Below are positions 9,480-16,872 of a stretch of DNA of 64,000 bases, piece after piece (the first letter of the stretch is position 1; each line of letters opens with the position of its first letter). The DNA comes from a virus, in IMG/VR virus record IMGVR_UViG_3300037348_000049, positions 1-64,000 of that record; one strand, written 5' to 3'. The notes beneath the pieces are model-generated. The model searched no databases. It was not told the origin of the DNA and was given only the letters and a program-made list of their open reading frames with translations. A program made the translations under genes and the position numbers.

Positions 9480-11627
9480 GTGTACGACCAGATAAAGACT
9501 CAGCTAGATGCAATTTCTGAGCTTGGTGACGAACAAGTCGCAGAGCTACAAGCAGACATCATCTCGCAGTTTGAAATGGTTGAGGGTGAAGACCCGACTC
9601 CTGAGACAGTTGATGCTATGACGTTACTAGCTGACTCTCTAGACATGGTACGCGGAGAACTATCAAACCGCGAAGCTCAGACTGCAGAACTTGCAGCCCG
9701 TGCTGCTGAAGCTACTGCCCGTGTCAAGGGTGGAGCAGAGGACGTCGGAGAGGAAATGGCCATGACCGAAGATGAGCCTATGGTAGAGGAAGCCCCTATG
9801 GAAGAAACTCCAGAAGAGGTAACCCCTGAGACCGAGGTAGAGGCAGAGGAAATGCCAGCCGAAGAAGAGGAAAAGGAAGAGGAAGAAGAAGAGATGTCAA
9901 TTAAGGCATCCGCTTCTGACGAGACCTCCCTCGAGGCTGCAGGAGACGCCGTTGTCGAAGAGACTACAACCGAAACTGAACTTTCTACCGAAGAGGTAGC
10001 AGAAGTTGTAGTTGAAGAAGCTGTCGCAGAGACTTCAGTCGAGACTGAGGCTGCCATCGAAGAAATCACTGAAGCTACAACCGATACCGAAGCAGAGTTC
10101 TCTGCTGAGGGAGAAGTTGTTACCGAAGAGGTTATCGAGGTTGTCGAGGACGCCACAATCGAAGCATCAACTAATCAGGTAGACGGTTCTGAACTATCAA
10201 CCCCAACCGAAGAATCCGCCGAACTATCTACAGAGGAGACTGCAGAAGCAGTTGCCGAAGTGGTAGAAGAAGCAGAGCTTTCGTCAGAAGAAATTATTGA
10301 AACATCAACAGCTCTCGTAGAAGAGCAGAAGGAGCAGGCAGTGACCGCTGCAGCTGAACAGCCTTTCGAGGCCCCAGCCGACCGTCAACCAGTAGTTCGG
10401 GTAACAGAGGCTCCAGTGGCAATCACTGCTGGCGCTGACATTCCTGGATACACCGCGGGAAGCACTATTAATAGCATGTCTGATGTTGCTCAGGCCATGG
10501 AAAAGAGACTTCACTCTCTTCGCCGTGTAAACGGTGGCGACGGAGAGCAGCACATTGTTGCATCTTTCACCACACAGTACGCAGAAGACCGCATATTGTC
10601 CTCAGACCCTCTAGAGAACGCTGCAAAGATTGAGGCTGTAACTTCCTCAGAAGCACTTATTGCTTCTGGTGGACACGCTGCCCCAGCCGAAGTCCGCTAT
10701 GAGGTCTACAGCATTGGTGGCACCACCGCACGTCCAGTTCGTGACGCACTTCCTGCGTTCCAGGCTGACCGTGGTGGCGTTCGCTTCGTAACTCCTCCAA
10801 TCCTGTCTGCTCACGCAGATGCTGTTGGTGTATGGACTGCTGCTACTGACGCTACCCCAGGTGGCGCAACAAAAGCTAGCCTTACCGTTGTTGCTGCTGG
10901 AGAAAACGTAGTATCAACTGACGCTGTAACTCTACAGATGCAGTTCGGTAACCTAATGACTCGCGCGTACCCAGAGTTGATCGCTCGTCACAACGAGCTT
11001 GGTCTAACTCAGCACGCACGCGAGGCAGAGGTTAACTTGCTGTCCGCTATTGGTGCAGCATCAACCTCTATCACTACCACCTCACTAATCGGCTTTGGTC
11101 GCGACTTCCTAGTCCAGATCCGCCGTGCAGCAGCTGGTTACCGTAGCCGTCACCGCCTATCGCCAGACGCTCGCCTAAAGGCAATCGTCCCAGCTTGGGT
11201 GTATGACGCAATGTCCGCTGACTTGACTCTGTCAATGCCAGGCGACGGAACCCTAGGTGTCGGCCAGTCCGAGATCAACGGTTACCTAGCCGGTGCAAAC
11301 GTCGACCTAATTGCATCTCTTGATGCAGGCGCTTTTGGCGCACAGGCTACGGGCGTTATGACCGAGTTCGCAGACAGCTTCGACTGGTACCTATTCGCCG
11401 AAGGAACATTCTTGTTCCTAGACGGAGGTACCCTGGACCTCGGAATCATCCGCGACTCCAGCCTGGTCGGCACCAACGACTACAAGATGTTCGTTGAGAC
11501 CTTCGAGAACGTTGCCAAGGTTGGCATCGAATCTCTAAAGGTAACTTCAACCATCTCGGTCAACGGTGTAGCCGCTGCCCTACGCGACACCACTGGTGGC
11601 GCTGCTGCAGCTGCAATCGAGCTCTAA
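9480..11627 (+). CDS. major capsid protein with long acidic N-terminal scaffold-like region (probable hexamer-forming MCP)
   Basis: GGAGG at 9471-9475 points to the GTG at 9480 rather than the tracked TTG at 9426. About 290 Glu/Thr/Ala-rich residues precede a capsid-like C-terminal half (ALIASGGHAAP...FQADRGGVRF...LDLGIIRDSSLVGTNDYKMFVETFENVA). Confidence 0.85.
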   Translation: MYDQIKTQLDAISELGDEQVAELQADIISQFEMVEGEDPTPETVDAMTLLADSLDMVRGELSNREAQTAELAARAAEATARVKGGAEDVGEEMAMTEDEPMVEEAPMEETPEEVTPETEVEAEEMPAEEEEKEEEEEEMSIKASASDETSLEAAGDAVVEETTTETELSTEEVAEVVVEEAVAETSVETEAAIEEITEATTDTEAEFSAEGEVVTEEVIEVVEDATIEASTNQVDGSELSTPTEESAELSTEETAEAVAEVVEEAELSSEEIIETSTALVEEQKEQAVTAAAEQPFEAPADRQPVVRVTEAPVAITAGADIPGYTAGSTINSMSDVAQAMEKRLHSLRRVNGGDGEQHIVASFTTQYAEDRILSSDPLENAAKIEAVTSSEALIASGGHAAPAEVRYEVYSIGGTTARPVRDALPAFQADRGGVRFVTPPILSAHADAVGVWTAATDATPGGATKASLTVVAAGENVVSTDAVTLQMQFGNLMTRAYPELIARHNELGLTQHAREAEVNLLSAIGAASTSITTTSLIGFGRDFLVQIRRAAAGYRSRHRLSPDARLKAIVPAWVYDAMSADLTLSMPGDGTLGVGQSEINGYLAGANVDLIASLDAGAFGAQATGVMTEFADSFDWYLFAEGTFLFLDGGTLDLGIIRDSSLVGTNDYKMFVETFENVAKVGIESLKVTSTISVNGVAAALRDTTGGAAAAAIEL

Positions 11628-11640
11628 AAAGTAATTGAAT

Positions 11641-11683
11641 AGGGTGGCTCCCCGGGCTTAGGCTCGGGGGGCTCCCACCCCCT
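11641..11683 (+). terminator. GC-rich hairpin after the MCP gene (terminator or mRNA stabiliser)
   Basis: GGGTGG..CCCCGGGC-TTAG-GCTCGGGG..CCACCC, followed by an AT-rich run. Confidence 0.6.
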
Positions 11684-11712
11684 AAATTTTAAGTTCTTAA
11701 GTAAGGAATGAA

Positions 11713-12576
11713 ATGGCTTTCACTAAGACAGGCGTAGTATCGGCACCCGCAATCGTGCCATCCGCCTTTGGTCTACTTGCTGTTGTTGAGCCAGAGAACG
11801 CTCCAGGAGAGGACCAGTGGGTCCGAGGTTTTGCCCAAGAATGGGAAACCACCGTACAGGAGCTCAAAAACTGGGATGACACAGACAGCACCAGCGGATC
11901 TGTAGTTGCCGGCGGAGTTATCAACTACTACGATGACATCAAGCCGTTTTTTATCGAATTGACCGAGACGCGCTCGGGACTAAGTTTCAACGCTATTGAC
12001 AGAATTGCTAGACTGTCTCGTCAGATCGAAGGCATGAGCCAGAAGTCCATAGAGGCAGAACTTTGGGACGGTGCTATCCGTAAAGGAGAGTCGCACGACA
12101 ATAAAGCCCTATCTGATGCCGGAACTGCTTTAGTTAACAGTGGAACTGCACTTGGTGCTATTTTAGCCCTTGCTGAACTAGAGCGCTCAATGGCGGTTGC
12201 TTCAAATGCCGGTGAGCTTGGAGTAATCCACATGACCAGCGATGTAGCTTCGCTTCTAAATAATAGATTAGAGACGTCAAAAGACGGAACTCTTGTCACT
12301 AGGCTTGGCACCCCTGTAGTTGTGGGTGCAGGCTATTCAGGTAATGGCCCAACAGGTGCAACTGGTGCTGCTGCATCAGGCATCAACAAATGGATTTATG
12401 GCACAGGCGCTGTCAAGGTATACCTTGGTGACGTCGACGTCGTAAACGACAATCTAGCGCAAGCTTATGACGTGTCGGGTAATGCAAATGACATGCGTAT
12501 CAAGGCAATCCGCCCAGCGGCAGTTTACTTTGACACATCCATCCACCTAGCTGTCAGAGTTGATCTAACAGCTTAA
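11713..12576 (+). CDS. second capsid protein (probable pentamer-forming capsid protein)
   Basis: Lies between the MCP and major tail genes. The N-terminus VSAPAIVPSAFGLLAVVE resembles, from recall, the protein that follows the MCP in Rosebush/cluster-B-like actinophages. Confidence 0.5.
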   Translation: MAFTKTGVVSAPAIVPSAFGLLAVVEPENAPGEDQWVRGFAQEWETTVQELKNWDDTDSTSGSVVAGGVINYYDDIKPFFIELTETRSGLSFNAIDRIARLSRQIEGMSQKSIEAELWDGAIRKGESHDNKALSDAGTALVNSGTALGAILALAELERSMAVASNAGELGVIHMTSDVASLLNNRLETSKDGTLVTRLGTPVVVGAGYSGNGPTGATGAAASGINKWIYGTGAVKVYLGDVDVVNDNLAQAYDVSGNANDMRIKAIRPAAVYFDTSIHLAVRVDLTA

Positions 12577-12600
12577 TCAAGAAATAAGGAGAATAGCTAA

Positions 12601-13635
12601 ATGGCTACTCAAGAATATGCAGCCAGCATTCAAGGTGTGTCAGTCCGTGTCACTCGCCTAGATTCAGCTGGCAACCTGCTAAACGGCCCTGGAGACAGCT
12701 ATGTAACTAGCGGCTTCATGCGTGCCTCGTTCACCCCAGAGTATGAAGAAGGCGACGAGATCACCGAAAAGAACGCTAATGGCGTTGTTTGCGTGACCTA
12801 CAAGGCTCCGGACACTCTAAAGCGAATCACTATGGAACTTGCTATCTGCGAGCCAGACTCTGAGCTATCTGCTCTTATCTCTGGTGGACTGTTGCTACGT
12901 AAGAACGTGAACGGAGCCAATAAGTCAATTGGTTACGCATCACCTGGTGTCGGCGACGACCCAGCTGGTAACGGTGTTGCAATTGAAGCCTGGTCTCATG
13001 CTGTAAAGGAAGGCAAGAAGGCTAATGTTCTTCCCTACTTCCACTGGGTATTCCCATATGCAAAACTACGTCTATCAGGTGACCGTGTTATTGAAAACGG
13101 CATGCTTGCCACTACTTTCGAAGGCTACGGGCTAGGAAATGCCACCTTTATGTCTGGACCCGACGGCCGCTGGGAGTTCCCAGTTGCTGCAGAGCGTCCA
13201 TACAGCTACTCGCGTGCTGACTGGGCCCCAACTGGCCTGTCCGGGTTCTTTACCTGGGACAGCGTGTCTGGTGGCTACACTGAGATCACTAACCTAGATA
13301 CAAGTGCCAAGTTCAATGTAACTAAGAAAGAGATCCTCTCTAACAAGGCAATCCTTACACTTGAGGACACTCATGGATTTACGGTTGGCGAAACTGTCAA
13401 TGTTGAGGGAATTGATTTGACCTACAACGGTACATACACACTGACTAACGTAACTGCCAAGACAATCTCTTACGCTAAGGTTGCTGCAGATGCTGGCGTA
13501 ACCACCGTAACTGCACCTACTGCTTTGGTGTTCTCACCAACATCAACTTCCGAAGGTCAGTACAACGTCCCAGGTAACATCAACTTCAATGCTGATGTAA
13601 CTGTAGACAACGTAATTCGTTCAAACGAGGACTAA
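12601..13635 (+). CDS. major tail protein with C-terminal beta-barrel decoration domain
   Basis: AAGGAG RBS. RVTRLD..G, YEEGDEITEKNANG..CVTYK and YFHWVFP are tail-tube-like. The C-terminal HGFTVGETVNVEG..YNGTYT module is appended. Confidence 0.8.
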   Translation: MATQEYAASIQGVSVRVTRLDSAGNLLNGPGDSYVTSGFMRASFTPEYEEGDEITEKNANGVVCVTYKAPDTLKRITMELAICEPDSELSALISGGLLLRKNVNGANKSIGYASPGVGDDPAGNGVAIEAWSHAVKEGKKANVLPYFHWVFPYAKLRLSGDRVIENGMLATTFEGYGLGNATFMSGPDGRWEFPVAAERPYSYSRADWAPTGLSGFFTWDSVSGGYTEITNLDTSAKFNVTKKEILSNKAILTLEDTHGFTVGETVNVEGIDLTYNGTYTLTNVTAKTISYAKVAADAGVTTVTAPTALVFSPTSTSEGQYNVPGNINFNADVTVDNVIRSNED

Positions 13636-13643
13636 GCGAAAGT

Positions 13644-13710
13644 TAAGTAGCTAAACGGGCGATGCGTCTCTTGGTATCCTAGATACTGGATGCATTGCCC
13701 GTTTTACTTA
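13644..13710 (+). terminator. long imperfect hairpin after the major tail gene
   Basis: TAAGTA..AAACGGGCGATGCGTC / GATGCATTGCCCGTTT..TACTTA, with an inner TGGTATC/GATACTG stem. Confidence 0.6.
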
Positions 13711-13720
13711 GAAGGACATC

Positions 13721-14806
13721 ATGGCTAGTAATTTATGGATAACGACCGAAGAGCTGGGTAACTACGGCTTCACTGAATATGCTGACGAGGCAGTTCAGGT
13801 TGCGTCTAACCTACTCTGGGCCATGTCGGGCAGAAAGTATACTGGTGTCACAATTGTTACGGAGAGGTATACCTGCACTCTTAGAAACAACCGCATGGGG
13901 CCTTCTAAAAACACTAATAGTGCAGTGCTTTTTGGTGGAAGTGTCTATAACATTCCCTCTAGTGACTACGATGAGTACTCGGAGCTGACTGCAGATGGCA
14001 CGTCTGCGGACTCTAGAATAAAACTTCGCGGTCGTCCAGTTACGAAGATACATTCGATGCGAAACAGCCAGGGAACCATTATTGATCCTAGTAACTATTA
14101 CCTAGTAGATCACTCAACTATTCACGTCAGTGCGGGAACTCCTTGGACTCCTTGTAATACTGAAATCACTTATTCTTATGGAATTCCCGTCCCCGTAGCA
14201 GGCAAAATGGCAGCTCGTAAATTGGCCATTGAGTTTGCTCGCTTGTGGTCTGGTGATGAAGATTGTGAACTGCCTCAGCGCGTTACGTCTGTGTCACGTC
14301 AGGGAGTGTCTTACACAATCCTAGATAACCAAGAGTTTATTGATGAGCTGCGTACCGGAGTATATGAGATTGATTTATTCCTAAAAGTAGTAAACCCGGA
14401 TAATGCTCGCCGAAAAGCAAAAGTATTTTCTGTAGATGCTCCAAGAGCTCGCAGGTACACACCAAAGACAGTAGAACTTCCCAAGAACTCAGATTATGAT
14501 CTTGTATCCAGTATCGGGTCCACTGTTACTTGGGATTCATCGCCTATCCTTGATCTATCTCCTCTGTTCCCCAACCCCTCACTAGAAGTGAGGTTGAGAA
14601 ATTACGGAGGCTCCAAATCCGTTATATTGGATTCTTCCGATATCAGTGCAGACGAGTCCTTGCTGACAGTTTCGTTCACCATCCCGTATGCGAAAGCCAA
14701 TGCCGCTCTTGGCATGGTTGACCCGGGGACCTGGGAACTCTGGTCAACTGCCGAAGGCTCGGTAGAAGAACTTGCATCTGGAAACCTCCAGATCAAGATG
14801 TATTAA
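13721..14806 (+). CDS. head-to-tail adaptor
   Basis: ASNLLWAMSGRKY, ITYSYGIPVP..GKMAA..LAIEF and LPQRVTSVSRQGVS match actinophage adaptor motifs; position in the tail module fits. Confidence 0.7.
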   Translation: MASNLWITTEELGNYGFTEYADEAVQVASNLLWAMSGRKYTGVTIVTERYTCTLRNNRMGPSKNTNSAVLFGGSVYNIPSSDYDEYSELTADGTSADSRIKLRGRPVTKIHSMRNSQGTIIDPSNYYLVDHSTIHVSAGTPWTPCNTEITYSYGIPVPVAGKMAARKLAIEFARLWSGDEDCELPQRVTSVSRQGVSYTILDNQEFIDELRTGVYEIDLFLKVVNPDNARRKAKVFSVDAPRARRYTPKTVELPKNSDYDLVSSIGSTVTWDSSPILDLSPLFPNPSLEVRLRNYGGSKSVILDSSDISADESLLTVSFTIPYAKANAALGMVDPGTWELWSTAEGSVEELASGNLQIKMY

Positions 14807-14819
14807 GAAAGAAGATATT

Positions 14820-15017
14820 ATGTCAGCTCAAACTAACTTCCGTGCCCAAGACATGCTAGGTGCTCCGCAGCCAAAAACCGCCCCTAAGGCTGTTAAAAAA
14901 ACTGCCGCGCCAAAGCCACCGGTTGAAAAAGCTCCGGAAGTAGAAGTAGAAGTAGAAGTAGAAGTAGAAGTAGAATTAGAAGAGTCCCCTGTACAGGAGA
15001 CCTCAACTGAGGAGTAA
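14820..15017 (+). CDS. small Lys/Pro then Glu-Val low-complexity protein
   Basis: ATG at 14820 after AAAGAAG is more plausible than the overlapping tracked start at 14772. Confidence 0.6.
   Translation: MSAQTNFRAQDMLGAPQPKTAPKAVKKTAAPKPPVEKAPEVEVEVEVEVEVELEESPVQETSTEE
14937..14972 (+). repeat. (GAAGTA)x6 microsatellite encoding EV repeats
   Basis: Read directly from the sequence. Confidence 0.95.
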
Positions 15018-15020
15018 CAC

Positions 15021-15524
15021 ATGATAATTGACCAATCAGGAGTTGCCGAAGGTGCTCTCAATCTGAAAAACATGCTGGACGGAATAGTCCCTCGGATTGA
15101 GGCAGCTTTTGCGGAGTACAATGTTGAGCTACCTAGTCGTCGCTACTGGACCATGGGTCAGCCGGCTATTGATTGTGATCAACTTGTTGTCTACTTTATA
15201 GAGGCATTCCTAGGAACTCCCGGTGAAGAGGTTGGGCAACCTCAGCGTTGCTACGTACCAAGGAGTGCCACTGTTGGCATCTCTATTGCGCGCGAGGTCC
15301 CGACTGTCGGTGTCAATGGTAGGCCCCCATCTGCTGAAAAAATTCAAGAGTACTCGGGTAAGTCTGCAATCGATTCTTGGGTACTCCTTGAGTCAGCCAG
15401 GAAGTTTGACATGTGGGATGAAACAGGCGGCTATGGACCGGGCATAGTAGTCAGTCTAGACGTTAGTCCACCAGAAGGTGGCTTTCAACTTGTCAACATG
15501 ACGTTGACAATGACAATACCGTAA
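15021..15524 (+). CDS. head-tail joining / tail completion protein
   Basis: GAGGAG RBS; position among connector genes; size 167 aa. Confidence 0.5.
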   Translation: MIIDQSGVAEGALNLKNMLDGIVPRIEAAFAEYNVELPSRRYWTMGQPAIDCDQLVVYFIEAFLGTPGEEVGQPQRCYVPRSATVGISIAREVPTVGVNGRPPSAEKIQEYSGKSAIDSWVLLESARKFDMWDETGGYGPGIVVSLDVSPPEGGFQLVNMTLTMTIP

Positions 15525-15534
15525 GGGGAACCAT

Positions 15535-16053
15535 ATGCCAAGAGGCTTACCAGACTCCTGGGGAACTTATGCTATAGGTAAAGCTGCTAGATCTTTTAAA
15601 AATGCAGGTCGAGGTCGCGGCGTAACCGGTGGCATAACTACAACTTATACCATTACTAAAGTCAACGTTTATAAGAGCGCCCTCAAAACTTTCCTGAATA
15701 CTCCAGCAGGCCCTCTGTGGCGCGAAGTGGAGAAGCGAGCGGTACTGGCGCAGATGCAGGCAAGAAAAAGTGTGGGAGTAAAAACGGGCGCATTAAGGTC
15801 CTCTATATACAAAAGACACCTAGGTAACTCCACTGGTCAGTATGTGGTAATTGGCTCAGATAAAAGCTACGCTTACGCGCATCACGAAGGTACAAAGCCT
15901 CACATAATTACTGCATCTTCCGGAAAGAACTTAAAGTTCTCTAAAAATGGAAGAATGATATATACAAGCAGTGTTTTTCACCCCGGGAATAGGCCAAATA
16001 GGTACCTCACGCGGCAGCTCAAATACTTCGTCAAGCCAAAAATAGTTATCTAG
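15535..16053 (+). CDS. HK97 gp10-like neck / minor tail protein
   Basis: VGVKTGALRSSI...YAYAHHEGTKPHII...VFHPGNRPNRYL is typical of this family. Confidence 0.7.
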   Translation: MPRGLPDSWGTYAIGKAARSFKNAGRGRGVTGGITTTYTITKVNVYKSALKTFLNTPAGPLWREVEKRAVLAQMQARKSVGVKTGALRSSIYKRHLGNSTGQYVVIGSDKSYAYAHHEGTKPHIITASSGKNLKFSKNGRMIYTSSVFHPGNRPNRYLTRQLKYFVKPKIVI

Positions 16054-16125
16054 CACTTACGGTAGAATAGATACAGGTATTAACGTACCTTTATCAATAA
16101 ATGACTATAGAAAAGAGATGCAGAG

Positions 16126-16461
16126 ATGGCTGAAATGAAAGATTTTGGTAGCAATTTTGTAGGAGAAAAAGAATCCCCCAAGTTTAAGTTGCATGGGGAA
16201 GAGTTTGAGTGCGTTAAAGCTATTCAAGGAAAAGTTCTTCTAAACCTAACAGCTAAAGTAGCAAGCGAAGATCCCGCAGAGCAAGCAGCGATGATTACTG
16301 GATTCTTTAAAGATGTTCTTATCTCAGAGAGCTATGAACGCTTTGATGCCTTGCTCGATAGCAAAGATAAAATTGTAACCGTAGAGGCTCTTGGAGAGAT
16401 TGTTGGCTGGATAACTGGTCAGTTGACGGCACGCCCGGAAGAGCAGCCAAAGGTCTCCTAA
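16126..16461 (+). CDS. tail assembly chaperone (gpG-like)
   Basis: Two genes upstream of the tape measure gene; 111 aa; ends TARPEEQPKVS. Confidence 0.7.
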   Translation: MAEMKDFGSNFVGEKESPKFKLHGEEFECVKAIQGKVLLNLTAKVASEDPAEQAAMITGFFKDVLISESYERFDALLDSKDKIVTVEALGEIVGWITGQLTARPEEQPKVS

Positions 16462-16487
16462 CCTGGGCAGTCGATCTTTGGCACTAC

Positions 16488-16856
16488 GTGAATGGAAAAG
16501 CCCTAACAATGAAAATAGACCTCAAGGAAATGAACGGAGAAGACATGTGCGACGTTTTGCACTACTTCTTTGAAGAGGACACCCACTACCAAAGTGGGGA
16601 GGAAGCCGAATCTGTGTCTAAGATGCGCACTGGGCTTTATGAATTGTATGGAATGCCATACAACTATGCAGTAGATAGCTCTGGTTCTAGTGCCGGCTCT
16701 GGTGGTCGTCAGTATATTAATGATCACGAAGATCTAGGCTTCCAGGATCCAGCTACAACAAAGTACATAAGCAAAGGTTTCACCCCTGCAACTGATGTTA
16801 AGGGTGAATCACTAGCACCATTTGGTGCACTACTAGACCCCCCTATCGGTGGATAA
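16488..16856 (+). CDS. tail assembly chaperone extension (gpT-like), probably reached by -1 frameshift
   Basis: Lies in the -1 frame relative to 16126-16461; that frame is open from 16371 and overlaps the upstream ORF end. Sits directly before the tape measure gene. Confidence 0.6.
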   Translation: MNGKALTMKIDLKEMNGEDMCDVLHYFFEEDTHYQSGEEAESVSKMRTGLYELYGMPYNYAVDSSGSSAGSGGRQYINDHEDLGFQDPATTKYISKGFTPATDVKGESLAPFGALLDPPIGG

Positions 16857-16872
16857 GGCATAAAGGCAGATC

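Noticed and set aside
9677-10156. 159-aa minus-strand Ser/Thr-rich ORF
   Set aside because: Antisense shadow of the Glu/Thr/Ala-rich capsid region.
14772-14819. Tracked start of the small EV-repeat ORF
   Set aside because: Overlaps the adaptor gene by 35 nt; the ATG at 14820 follows the stop with a purine-rich RBS.
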